Of a DNA stretch of 64,000 nucleotides, positions 13,329-26,292 are shown piece by piece. The DNA lies in NCBI RefSeq assembly GCF_040938485.1, contig NW_027271543.1:1612001-1676000 (forward strand), given 5' to 3'. The DNA is from Diadema antillarum. Lineage: Eukaryota. How positions within the stretch are numbered: position 1 is the first letter of the stretch; each line of letters starts with the position of its first letter. The notes beneath the pieces were generated by a model. That model saw nothing but the letters and a program-made list of their open reading frames with translations, searched no databases and was not told the DNA's origin. Position numbers and translations under genes: made by a program.

Positions 13329-15499
13329 TATGAAGGCTCAGGTATTCGAGTGCAATGGTGTGATCATAAACTTTATAACAAACCAAATGGCAGTATTGCT
13401 TTTCACTGGCAGTTGTAATAAAAAGCAAAGAAGAGAGGAGTAATTTTCTAGTCCTGTCCCATAAATGTGAACTAAATATGAGCTAAATTTTACATATCTT
13501 TTGGAGGGTTACTCTTTTTTCTTATTGGTTAAAAAAAAATATCTTTTGGAGGGTTACTCTTTTTTCTTATTGGTTAAAAAAAAATAAACCCAACAACCTT
13601 TGCAATTTAGATTTAAAAAAACAAACAAACGTGTACATTGTAAACCTACTAATGTGTTTTATTGTCAATTATTTTGGTGTCTGAGACACTAATCTTCCTG
13701 TTTTTTTTTTCATATCAAAAGTTAACCTTTACCACGTGCATATTGCGTTTGCCAGAGAATATATTCATCGTTATGTGAAATAAAACTTTGGAAGCGTATT
13801 CCAAGGTGTCCTTAAGACTATATTTTGTAGAAGTGGTAGATATTTGTAGAGGGCATAGTAAGTGTGTTCATTACAAAAATTATCCTGCTGTGGTAGTCAT
13901 TTCAAGTGTTGAAGTATGTCACATAGCCATGCTGAAACATACACGTATATTGTTGATTATACAAGCGTATGCAATTGAATATAACTATGGTATATATGAA
14001 ATGCATTTCTTCAACCCTTTGAATGACTGAAACCCAAGCCTTCTGTTATATCCCAGCATACTATTTACCTCCCTACTTTGAAGGTAGTGTACATCTTTCA
14101 ATAGGTATCACTTGTCTCCATAGTGCTTTGGTTACTGAGTATTATCATTTCACTTCCTTCTACTGAAGATCTGTTACAAGTGGACAAGAAATGAGCTCAT
14201 TCTGTTATTCTAACAAAGGACCTCTTGAATCAGTTTTCAAGACACACTATTCAACACACTGCAGTAAGGCTGAGTTCCAAGTCATGAATGTGGGGAAACC
14301 CCTGACCAAATTACATTACTCACGAGACAGTTGCTAGGGTGCTCTTTTTGTTCTGCTTAATTTTGTTTTTGTGTTTTTTATACTCTAAATTGTTTTGCTG
14401 CAGTGACTTGAGCTGGTAAAAAAAAAAGTTGATGTGAATATTAAGATGTCATGTGGTTATATTATAAACTGAGACATGTTCTTTTTTCCCCCTCAAGGTG
14501 ACAGCAATAAGCAACCAATGCTTCTCATAGTCCCATAAGATTTGTGATTAATGCCAACCATAATAACACAAAGAACTTTCCTCTTTACTCTAACTCATTG
14601 TTCTTCTTTGGGTTTCGATGGCATTATTTTTTTGATACTTCTTTGAAGTATTCTCTTTGTTTTTGTTTCTGTGTGTGCGTGTGTGCATGTGCTTTCTTTT
14701 TCTATGGCTCCTCTCTTCTTTTTCTCCCAAAGTTTTCAGCCATTGAACCAGAATGGTTTCATGTTTGGATTCCAAGAAAGAACATGAATATTTGAAGGCA
14801 AGCTATCAAATATGCTGAAGAATGTATAAGGGAAACCCCAGAAAAAAAAAAATCACTCTTTTATGGACACTTCTACTGCTCATTTCATAAAGGGGTTTGC
14901 AATAGTTATGGTTACCATGGTAATGACTTCAATACTCATGTTTGATTGATTTTCTTCATGCCTGCTGCCGTTGAAACTGCAGTGGGTACAATTTATTGAT
15001 AGTCGTAATGTGACCGTAATGAAATGGGGCTTTGAAGATATTCCTTCAATAGTTTAGATGAATTCCCTGTAATGTCTTGGCTACTCTGCGTCTCTGCAAT
15101 CTGACTTTTTCAGTGTGAGGCATTTTTTCCCTCATGTTTAATGCTGATTGGGAAAATCTCGCGTAACTTGTTTCCATGAATGAGATGGGTTTAAGTAGGA
15201 TTTTTTTTGTAGTTGTAGGCTTGAGTGTGCTATTGTATGTGAAACAGATATTTGAGCCGTTATTTACAGTCAAAACATCAAAACTTCACTTCTCCCGGAT
15301 CAAAACCAAATCACACAGAAGCACAATGTTGTAATCATGTGTTTCACAACCTGCTGTTGTAGTATACGGTTGTTTACATTTGAGTGAATATGGGCTTAAA
15401 ACTAGTAATAAAAAGTAACAATGGTCAATAGAAAAGAAATCTGGGAAGTAAAGAAGACCCTGAGAAAATGTCACTGATTATGGCCAATGATATACAGTA

Positions 15500-15688
15500 C
15501 AGTCAACCTTGTGTAGGTCGAATATATCTGGACTGAAGAAATAGCTTTTACTTAGAGAAAATTTGACTCGTTAGGGATTAAAATCAAAAGAATATTAAGA
15601 GAAAAGGACTTGAAAAGACCTTTGAATTAGGCGATTAATGCAACGTGTCGATATGCGAGGTCGACTTTTGTATAAGCAAGGTTGACTG
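15500..15688. mobile_element. Tc1/mariner-type MITE, TA TSD
   Basis: TA|CAGTCAACCTTG...CAAGGTTGACTG|TA. Confidence 0.8.
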
Positions 15689-16801
15689 TAGTTTAAAAGG
15701 CATTACTTTGTGTTGCATTGGAATGTGTAAAATAGCCTTTAGTGTGATATGGGTATATATTTTCTTCTTATTTTTGATGAAGTATTTTTGTCTTGTTTTT
15801 TTTTAAAATTCTATATGAATGCTGTAATCAGGAAATGCTCTGCTTTAAGAGCTAATAGACAATGCAGAGTTGTGTGCGTGTGGTTTTCTTGTGTGCCTCT
15901 GTGTGAAAATGCTATCTAATAATGTCGCACATGTGCAGATACAGTACCATAGTGTAGGTATTGCTTGATCCATTGCCAGAAGCTACAAGTACATTGTACA
16001 TGTGATGTAGGAGAGAGAGAGAGAGGGAGAAAGAGAGTGTGTGTGGGTGTGTATGTGCGTACGTGTGTGTTCATGTTTGTGTATATGTGTGTGTGTGTGT
16101 TCAAGTGTTCAAGGGGGAAAAGGGGGGGGGGGGGGGAGAAAAAGGAAAAAACTTGCCAGCCAGTCTTCTCTCATAATCAATTCATTTATTCCTTCTCTGG
16201 GGCAAGTCTGTAATTGATAGATGGGGGAACGTTGATTCGAGTCTTATCGCTCTCTGCTATTTCTCCCCACCCCCACCCCACCCTAGCTGGTGACTCTCTC
16301 TCTCCCAGTCTCCATTTCTTTCTTGTTTTTGGTGGTGATGGTGGTTATGCCTTTCGTGTCATCTCCCTTTCACCCCCACCCCCACCTCCCCCCCCCCCCC
16401 CCCCAACCTCACACAACCAGTGAGTATTATTCTGGCCTTTTGCCACACAGTCATTCTATATTCATAGTGCTCAGAGGATCAGACATAATGAATGAATCAC
16501 ACATTTACATATCGGCTCAAGCTCCAGTTTTCCCCGTAGGCACTCTATGGTAGCGTTGAGGAGCCCGGCTCTCTTCCATCTAGGCTTTCAGTGTGTATCT
16601 TGTCGCTCAAGAGGTTAATACTTTCTTTACTCCTTTACTCTCCCCTCCATCGACACTGTTCTATAAAAGACCATCTAATTTTATGAATTTTGATTAGCAC
16701 AATCAAGGACGGTATTTTGGAAAAAGATTATGGCTCAATCTATTGTATTATGTACTCAGTGAATGCTAAAGAATGTAATTATGATAATGATAAGATACTA
16801 C

Positions 16802-16937
16802 NNNNNNNNNNNNNNNNNNNNNNNNNNNNNNNNNNNNNNNNNNNNNNNNNNNNNNNNNNNNNNNNNNNNNNNNNNNNNNNNNNNNNNNNNNNNNNNNNNN
16901 NNNNNNNNNNNNNNNNNNNNNNNNNNNNNNNNNNNNN
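16802..16937. other. Assembly gap (136 N) flanked by TAA/ACT-type simple repeats
   Basis: Run of N in the sequence. Confidence 1.
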
Positions 16938-17291
16938 TGTACTACTAACGATTGTAGTTATCCTACTAAAGATAGTAGTTATCCTACTACTGCTATCACT
17001 ACTTCTACTATTTACCAAAAAAAAAAATCAACTACTACCACTACTACTTAAAGTACTACTACTACTATCACTATAAAAAAATTGAACCACAACTACTACT
17101 GCTGATGCTGCTAATGATAGATGTCTATAGCGCTCTTTCTTACGCATTGATGAAACCCAATTATTAATAGATAAAAAATAATTACAATCAAGGAATGAGT
17201 TTAAAAGAATTCCCACACAAAAATTTATGGGTAACATATTTTAGCAGAAAAATAATTATTTTTGATTGTGTTTGCATGGGATGTCCAGGTA

Positions 17292-17690
17292 ATTGATGGT
17301 ACAGTTTCGGTTGAGATAGGGCTTCAGGTTTCCAGTGTTTTTTGATGATGATTTTTTGAGATAATGAGAAACCTCTTGTTAAATATGAAAGAGCATATTA
17401 TTTCAAGAGGAATTAAAAGTTTATTTGATGAATTTTTTTTTTTTTTAAATGGCTTAGATATCCAAAACAAAGTGAATGTAATAAAAGGTGGGACCCGCCT
17501 TTTATTAGGATCGCTTTGTTTACTTTGTTTTTGGATATCTCAGCCATTTCAAACCCGATATTCATCAAATGAGCTTTTACTTCCTCATAGAATTGTATGC
17601 TCTTTAACATTTCATAAAGTGGTTTCTAAGAGTCTCGCTAAAAGTTGAAAGCTGAATCCTCACCTCGGTCAATACGAAATCATATCTTTA
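17292..17690. mobile_element. Diverged copy of the AGGGATGGTA MITE family
   Basis: Collinear with 28621-29007 (GATGGTACAG, GAGATAATGAGAA, AAATGGCT.AGATATCCAAAAC, GGTGGGACCC); ends approximate. Confidence 0.75.
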
Positions 17691-18027
17691 GTGTACAGTT
17701 AGATACAAAATTGTAATCATACATTGTGACAGTATGAAAGGCATTAAAGACATGTGAAAATAATGACTCTGATCCTGATATGAACGTGACGTCACACACA
17801 CATATACATTTCTGCGTTCAGTAGAGTACTCCACGATCGTGAGTTTATCCATTTGCGATATCGTCGGGAAGTCCCGATTCGCGAAAATTTAGACTCGCTA
17901 GATATATGGTGTATACAGTATGTATTTGCCTGTTGTACATGTGTATCTGTGGAAACCTTGCAACCAAACAATGTGCATGAGGGAACATGTTTAGGGATTC
18001 TTTCATGTCTCCTAAGATGGCACACAA

Positions 18028-18227
18028 TACTGTACGAGCTGAAATTTTTTGCGGTGGTTTTATTTTCGCGAATTTCGCGAATCGCCCTTGAACCGCGAAA
18101 GTAACAACGCGCCAATAACTAAATTCAGTTAGACCCTTGCAACTGCGAAATTAACAACACGCGAAAATGTCCTCCAAGTAGCAATTCGTGAAAATATCTG
18201 TACGCGAAAATTTCAGCTCGTACAGTA
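18028..18227. mobile_element. TACTGTA...TACAGTA MITE rich in CGCGAA motifs
   Basis: TIR TACTGTACGAGCTGAAATTTT / AAAATTTCAGCTCGTACAGTA. Confidence 0.8.
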
Positions 18228-21200
18228 GCAGCGTTGATATTTGCAATGGTAGTCACTATGGAGACATTGGTGTATTTTTCGTAGACGGCAGCTCGATCAG
18301 CATTCAGTGTGTTATTTGTAACTGTGTTTCCATAGCAACATGTATCTCCGTAGAGAGGACAGAAGACAGTGGAGTATGTGGGAAGTGTGACTTCCTGTCT
18401 GTGAATCTGCCTACAGGGGACATCACATGAATCTTGAACATGACCCACTGTTTTGAAGTCTTCACTCAGTATATTTTCAGGATGTTGCCAACGGCATGGA
18501 GTCATTTTTCTTTTAAAAAGCTAGATTGATGAGCAATGAATGACATACTAAAAAAAGTATTTGATCACTGTCTCTGCTATACCATGTACAATGTACATTG
18601 TACTTTCGTTTTGAACACCATATGACATTCTTTACTTGTGGTTTAAAAAAACTGAGGAAAAAGAAACCCTCTTGGTTTTAAGTTGTTAATATTTGTGGGG
18701 TTTTCTCATGTTTGGTATTTCATACAGAGTACAAAAGTGTATGGTGACTTGGTGCATTACAATGTATGTAGGCAGGAGAGCAAACCCCCAATAGACCTGT
18801 TGCTTTTCTGCCAGTGCCCCTTATTCTCATTTAAATTCACCAGGCAGCAAAGACCTGTGGAGTGGGCATTGCGGCGAGGTCCTTGGGCGCTCTTGGCGAA
18901 CTTGCCCTGCTATAGTACCCCCTGGCACAAACACTCTACAACCTGTTATTCAGTTTAATAGCTGCAGCTCGCATCATCTGACTTCCTGATGTATGGCTAT
19001 AGCATGCATGTTTCTCACCAAACCTTTGCCCAACACTTCCTTGAGGCAGCATGGTGGAAATTATAGCATATAGCCTGCTTTATATTGCATGGATATTCCG
19101 TGTTATGACAGCAACAAGACTCCCCTTCATATCTCTCTTGGCCTTGCTGAGAGGTCACAACCCCTTTTGCATCCATTTCGTACATATAACCACTTGTAAA
19201 TTTCCTTGCAAATGCATGAGAGTGTTATTGGAAGTCAGCCTGATAGCTATATCTACTACAGTACGGTACCACATTGATGTTCTTGGAAAAAGGAATGGGA
19301 AAATTGACCCTGCTTATGTATAAAGTCCATCTTGATTAGTCACTTCTTCATTTTCCAACTTTAATTGGTATATATTTTGAAAGTAAAAAAAAAAAATAGT
19401 GGTATCACATGATCATGCTGCCATGGATCCTTATCATGCAAGATAATACACTATAAATATGCATGTGCCCATGTACAGTATTAGATTATCGCATACAGTG
19501 TTAGTTTATGTGCGATTACCTCGTTAACATGCTCTCGAGAGCACGCTATTCATGTCAGAGAAGGTGCGCAGATACATTTTTGTTTTCAAGGAGATGAATA
19601 ATTGTGTAATAAGGTCATTGTTAATTCATGTTATTGGTAATATTCCTTCCAGTCATTCATCCAAAGAGCTAGTTGTGAGAACTTGGAATCATCATGTTTT
19701 ATTCAAATTGATGTCACTCATGTAATTAAGATATCCCATAAATTACTTGTATCCTTCATGAATGCAGGACTGTAGTAAAAGCTCTTGCCTGAATAAGGGG
19801 GGGGGGGAATTGGTATGTGGGTGGGGCCTTCTTTGTTTCCCCTGTGTTGGAGCATGCGTGCAGTTGGGAAATGCATACAACCAGTGCTATTAGAATATGA
19901 CTAGTGCTAGTGGAGGCATGTATGTACGTGAGAGCAATTTCTATGGAGATGTCATCTCTATCACGGCACCAAAGGTTTTCAGCTGCTTAATAATTTGGAG
20001 AGATGGTACAGAAGACTTGATGTCGTGTGCATTTTTTTCACTTGCAGGAATGTCAGTATCATGCACAGTATTGTTCATGTTTTGTTATTGATGTTCTTAC
20101 GCTTGTATACCAGGAAGAGATGATATTGAATGAAAGGATTGTTATCCCATGCTTTTCTCACCCTGCAAGCCGGAAAAATGTGTTTGATAGAAATGACATA
20201 TCCTAGCATTGTCTTTGAAGCCTTGTAGTTCATATTCGCTGCCATAGTTTACTCATAAACTGCTGTGGTATGTGGTCCGCAATAATTGCCAATTAGTTCG
20301 GAGGGTCCCAAAGCACTTTCACACACAAAGATGTTTTGTGAATACATTGTACATGAATAGCACAACATATCCCACTCGGGCACTGCTCCTATGGAGTAAA
20401 CGGGCAGCACCTTGGCATTGGTACATACTCCACACATACAGTATGTAGCAGGAACGACAAATCTCAGCTTTGAGCCATTAGAAGGGGATCATTCCCCTCA
20501 TTGTGCAGTGCAGCGCTTCTTCTGCTTCGATAAAAACATAAAAATCAGTGCTCCATATGAAAGCAAGATGAACCACCACATAATGAAGGCATTTATAAAG
20601 TGCTTGTCTTTCTTCGAACGTCCTTGACTTTAATATGGGAATGTTGGCCACCCTGGTAGTATGCCTTGAGCTGCTTTGGACTTGTATTGCTGTCAAGTCA
20701 CTTATTTCATATCTTACCATCAGTACAAATGAACAATTTTTTATGATGCCACAAAGTTGCCAGATGATAGCTAGGGAACATGCTAATTGCGGAATCTGAG
20801 GAGATTCTTCCTGTTCGGAAACACGACACGATGTGTGTGGCTGATACCCTTTGCTGAGTCAAATTACTACTATGCTAGTCAAGGTGAATAACAATTGGTC
20901 AGTGTTGGAATGCTGTTTCTCAGAATGTGTGTGTGTGTGTGTAAGTGTGGAGACCACTTCAGATCAGTGGGATTTCGCCAATGCTCTTCTGGAAAATCAG
21001 AGTGGGATCTTCAGTGTGTGTGGGGCTGTATATCACTTCTACATAGTATAGGAGAATGCTTCACGAAGTCCTTTTTGAAGGATGGAGTGTTTTTTACTTT
21101 GAACAGAGATCGCTCTTTAAAGTCCTTCCTGGAGGATGGAGTGTTTTTTTTTTTTACTCTGAACAGAGATGTAACATGTTGTATGACTCTGAATAGATGG

Positions 21201-22202
21201 GACATTTTGCGCAACCAGAAACTAATGCGGGAATAAAAGCACGCGAACACTTTTGTTTGCCATGTAATGTCTCAGTAGTTGATGTCTTGATTCCATGGAA
21301 TTAAAAACTCGCGAAACTCTTCTTACTGGACTGAACGCAAAAAATTAGTTGCGCCAAAATATCCACTTTTACAGTAGTATACTAGTAAGCCAGCTCACTG
21401 CCCTCTGATCAGCCTGGTACTAATGAAATATCCCTACACATTCCCAATTTCTAATCATCGTGCAAACAATGACACCAGGCACGAGAGAACCAGTGAGTGA
21501 GTCATGCTTTTATAGTATCTGTGAAAGCAAACCGATGGCATCCCTTCTAAACTCTTGTTGAGAAGCTGTCATGTGTCTGTAATGACATTAGCCATGCTGT
21601 GAACATAGTCTCTCTCTCTCTCTTAGGGCTCATGATGATGTGTCAGATAAACAGATTGCAATGGCAATTTCACAAGCTTATTTCCTCAGTAGTCGCAGAA
21701 ATGCTCCTGTAGGGGCTGTATTTTATGGTGGTGCATATCTGACCAGCCCTTCCCTTTCCCCTTTAAAAAAATATAAACGATATTATTAAAAGAAAGAGGG
21801 AAAATAATGAGCCGTAGCAAACAGATGATGGCTGTGTGCTTCAGGGAAGAAAGAGAAAAAGAAAGTTGTTGTGTGTTTTAAAAAGGAAGGTAATGATGTT
21901 ACAGTGGTAGAATGATGCGAAGAAAATTGTACAGATCTTCATATTAAAAAAAAAGAAAGAAAGTATACATCTCCTTGACATGACGCTGGGATAGGCTTGT
22001 AGGCAATTATTATCATCCATGCCTTTCAGAGGAGGTATATGTAGGTCAAGTGTTTTTATGTCCAAGAAAAATGATTGTTGTGAAACTCCTTTTACCAATA
22101 TATATTCTTCATGTAGGCTGCATCATTATTCTGTAAATTTGTGCAGAGTTCCCATGTGCTGAGGGTGGCATATGGAATTAACCGGACCTTTTTAACTATG
22201 TA

Positions 22203-22387
22203 CAGTCAAACCTGCCGTAGCAGCCACCTGTCTATAGCAGCCACTTGCCAGGTATGGCCATTAAAAACAATTCCATCAGTGAGAAAAGCAATTCTAAAGA
22301 CCCTCTGTACAGCGGCCACCTGTCTACATGTATAATGGCCACTATTTTGTATCCCTTGGGTGGCCGCTGAAGACAAGTTTTGGACTG
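22203..22387. mobile_element. Tc1/mariner (pogo-like) MITE, TA TSD
   Basis: TA|CAGTCAAACCTG...GACTG|TA with repeated GCCACCTGTCTA motifs. Confidence 0.75.
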
Positions 22388-23001
22388 TATCTCTGGCATT
22401 GATCGATTCTCCATTTTCCCCTTCACTTTCATTAAATGTTTCCCTGATCTTTCTGCTCTCACTGTGAAAGTTCCACATGTGTTTTGGGGGAGAACTTCCC
22501 TTGTAAACACACAGGGAGAAAACAGATGGAATTGCGGCCATTGGCTTCTCTGGCCGTGTTGCAGGAAGCGAGGGAGGGAATATCATTAGTCCACCAGGAA
22601 GCTGCCACCATTTTGGGCAGTTATAGGGACAAATTGCCAAATGAGCACTAGCGTGCATGCACGGGCCTGTGACCGCTGCAAATTAAAAGAGTGCCGTCAA
22701 TGGTGCGAGCCCATTGAGCAAAACAGAAATTGGCTGTGAAGAGATTACGCACCGTGTTGATGAGAGGTAAATGGCATTATGGTAGTTACATGAGGGCCAC
22801 ATCCAAGTTCAGAAAAGGTTTATCAGTGCTTCCTTCCTTATGGCATGACGAATGTACAATACCCTACTGGTGAAGTAGAACAGCCATGAATTCGACTGAT
22901 ATACATGTAACAGCTGCCTGCTTCAGAGCTGCTAGTTCTATGTACATGTATATTCCTTAACGGAGGTCAAAATGGACATTATTGACTTTACCTCACCTTA
23001 A

Positions 23002-23570
23002 AGGACAAGTTCACCTTCATAAACATAAGGATTGAGAGAATGTGGCAATATTAGTAGAACACATCATTGAAAGTTTGAGGAAAATCGGACAATCCGTTCA
23101 AAAGTTATGAATTTTTGAAGTTTTTGTGCAGTAACCACTGGATGAGAAGACTACTGCAGTGTATGAATAACTTAGATGTCACATGCGTACAACAATATAA
23201 GGAAAATATAGAGAGAATTTCACAAAATTTCATCTTTTGAAAAAAGTACACATTCCCTTGACTCGTTACCGACATATGTTATGGGTAATATCATTCCCCC
23301 TGCCTTTAGAAAGAGGCAAGTCAAGTGTTCTTTTATTATGCGAAAAAAGTGAAAATGTGTTGAATTTTCTTTACATTTTCTTTATACTGTTGTACGCATA
23401 TAAAACCACAAGCTGTAGTAGTCTCCTCATCCAACGGTTCCAACACACAAATTTTAAAAATTCAGAACTTTTGCATCGATTGTCCAATTTTCCTCAAACT
23501 TTCACTGATGTGTTCTACTAATATTGCTGCATTCTCTCAATCCCTATGTTTATGAAGGTGAACTTGTCCT
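23002..23570. mobile_element. TTAA-flanked MITE with long TIRs (Kolobok-like)
   Basis: TTAA|AGGACAAGTTCACCTTCATAAACATA...TATGTTTATGAAGGTGAACTTGTCCT; closely similar to 42866-43433. Confidence 0.85.
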
Positions 23571-25011
23571 TTTTTTTTTTGTTTTTTTTTAAATTTGATC
23601 TAACACAAGGGCAAGCGCAAGTACAGAATGAAGTCATGTCTAGGGATTGTTTGGAAGAGAGTTAACCCGTTGAGGACGGGCTGATTTTGCAACAACATAC
23701 ATTTCTCATAGACACTTGCCCGAGTATAGGAAGGGTAACCATGGCAAAAACTTTTGTGGTACAATATATGACATGAATTTAAATGTGTTTCCTGTTGTGG
23801 ATGTCTGTTGCCTTATGGAATGTAGGGAGACCACAAAATATAGTGCAAAGTTATATAGACTTTCAGAAAAAAAAACAACAACTATTCAGACTGTACCTGT
23901 GGGGCACTTGAAAGTCTGGGGAGAAAGTTATTGCCAGAATTTTGGAATATAATGCCATGTGGAAATATTTGCAGGGTTTTGTGCTACGTGACACCAGTGC
24001 ACTTTGTTTCTACATGTTGGACCGTCAACTCTACATGACCTGTAGTGCTGTGTCTACAGCCAGCGGAATTGAAAACACGCAGAATTCTTCTTGCTCCATC
24101 GAGTGTGAAATTATAAAACGCACAAAAATTCTGCTTCTTTTGAAGCTTATAAAGAGAAAAAAAAAGATTTTTCACTGGTGAACAAATTCCTTGCTCATCC
24201 TGATAACTAAATCAGAGTATATCATTGCCATCATTATCATATTATATGGTTTGCCCATTAACACCGTATAGGTTAGGAGACATGCAGCCCGATATCACAG
24301 GGGTATTGCATGCAAATTTTGCCATTTACTTAAGTGATTACTTTGGCATCATTGCAGTATCCCGTTTTTGGCCCACAGTCAAGTGAAATACAAACTAATT
24401 TTAGGAGCATGTTGGGATGGTGTTACTGAGCGCAGCCAATCAATCATGTGTCCCATATGAACTCATTGCAGTCATCTAATCTGACCCTGGAGAGGCATCG
24501 TAGTGATTTTTTTGGGAAAAAATAAGAAGAAATATACATCCATTGAAGCAATGGCATGACACTTTGTATGATAGATGCATTGACATCATGTGAAACTTGG
24601 ATGTATTGTGACATCATCTTCACTGCAAATTCAGCAGTTGTAAATGTCAAGGTAATTGTAAGATGGCATTAGAATGCTGAGATGAATGAAAAAGAAAGTC
24701 CAAGAAAGAATTGAAATAATGTCTGGAATTAAAAAACTTTGGTACACCAGGTTATAGGCTCATTCCCATTGCCATCTCGTACATGTATTTCAAGGGGGAA
24801 ATGATGTACATGTACCTGCTAATGAGCTCTGCTAGAAGATATGGAGCCTAGCAATTGCATCTGATTGACAAATTGCCCTATATCGACGTCAAATAAACAC
24901 GGATTATTCAGTGCAGCCATGATAAAAATTGACAGTACAATCATTAATTTGAATAAATAAGCAGTACTCGCTGCTGTAAGATATTAGAGCCATCACTGGC
25001 TATTGAGTGAG

Positions 25012-25060
25012 GGCTCAGTAGTCCAGTGGATATGGTTCCTGTCTAGCAATCAGGAGGTCG
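25012..25060 (+). pseudogene. tRNA-like fragment (possible truncated SINE head)
   Basis: A-box TAGTCCAGTGG; anticodon-arm-like CCTGT-CTAGCAA-TCAGG; AGGTC variable loop. The T-arm/B-box is absent. Confidence 0.45.
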
Positions 25061-25150
25061 TTGTTTTTGTCAATGAGTTGCAATAAAAACGACTCGACAA
25101 GAATTATTCATTTGAATGGAGCACAGCAAGTAATGAATATTGATAAACTA

Positions 25151-25272
25151 GGCCCTAGCTGTTTTATGAAGAGTTAGAATTGATTATAAAGTTGATTTCT
25201 ATCATAAGTCTATGGCAGCCTGTGTGTTAAGGAAATTTAAAATCGATTATATATTTTGATAAAACAGGGCCC
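25151..25272. mobile_element. ~120-bp GGGCCC-ended MITE (Harbinger-like)
   Basis: Shares GTTGATTTCTATCATAAGTCTATGG.AGCCTGTGT.TTAAGGAAATTTA with 46275-46393; flanked by CTA and TAA. Confidence 0.7.
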
Positions 25273-26148
25273 TAATCACATTAAACTTAGCATTAATATC
25301 GGTGTTAGTATTTCGTCCATATAGCCTGTCTCTTCCTACGTGTTGAGACCTGTGCATATACAGATACCATACCTAAACATACGTTCTCTACAACCATTGG
25401 CACTCGCACATACTGGGGCACGTTGTAGTCTCAAGAATTTTACTGCAGTTCATCGGCATACCTCACTGTCGCCAGGATTATGTATGCTGAACACTTCCAT
25501 TGGTGACAAAGTGGATACTGTGTCCTTTTGAAGTAAGGAGAGAGCATTCGTTCTATCGATTATGGTGTCTATGACTGTGCACTCAAATCCTGTATTGATA
25601 CAGTGTTTGCCAATCTGCAGTGCACACCAGTATAAAAGTGATGTTACCAATACTAAGTCCTTTTTTTTGTGTAACCAAAGATTATTTCTAACTTAATGCT
25701 GTCATACCTGAGGTAGTAAATGTCTCAGTAAACCCTGTATTCAGAATTGGGTAATAGGAGCTATTCAGAACTTCTTTATTCCTAAGTATGACTTAAAAAA
25801 TTACCATGTGATTAGCATGTTTTTACTTTCCATGAATTCAATGTCCACAAAAAATCGCTGTCCATGTATTCAGTTTTTCAATGTAAACTGTGTTTGCTGA
25901 GATCAACCTGTTTTGATTGTGAGGATTGGGCAGTTTTGGAATGGTTTGCAAAAGCTACTGATCACATTTATCTTGGAGCACTGTTTGTACTGTAAAATGA
26001 TGCATTTTCAAGCTTCCCTGTTGGAACATTGATTGTAATGCATTGTAAATTCATTCATGTTTTATTTGTTTTGATATCACAGAAATTGTCAGCTTGGCAT
26101 AAAAATGAATTTGAAGTTATTTTTCCATCTTTGCTGTTGTATATGCAG

Positions 26149-26292
26149 GTAACTCATCAGTTCCTGGAACATCTGAACAGAGTGAGGGCGCAATACAATG
26201 TTCCTCCCGTCTCCTGGAGTACAGCGGTCCGTTTCCTCATGGCACGCAAGTTTGACGTCAAGCGAGCTCTCGAACTTTTCAGAAACCACGGG
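26149..26292 (+). CDS. PTPN9: Internal coding exon of a PTPN9/PTP-MEG2-like non-receptor tyrosine phosphatase (CRAL-TRIO N-terminal region), 144 bp, phase 0-0
   Basis: Translates VTHQFLEHLNRVRAQYNVPPVSWSTAVRFLMARKFDVKRALELFRNHG. This aligns without gaps to human PTPN9 as I recall it (ATKQFLEEINKWTVQYNVSPLSWNVAVKFLMARKFDVLRAIELFHSYR). Acceptor atgcag ends at 26148; donor gtaagg starts at 26293. Confidence 0.93.

Noticed and set aside
19550-19570. ATG TCA GAG AAG gtgcgc as PTPN9 exon 1
   Set aside because: Weak donor, only four codons and no promoter-like context. Exon 1 remains unlocated.
25340-25531. QIPYLNIRSL resembling the start of a LINE endonuclease
   Set aside because: A single short motif with no downstream APE motifs.
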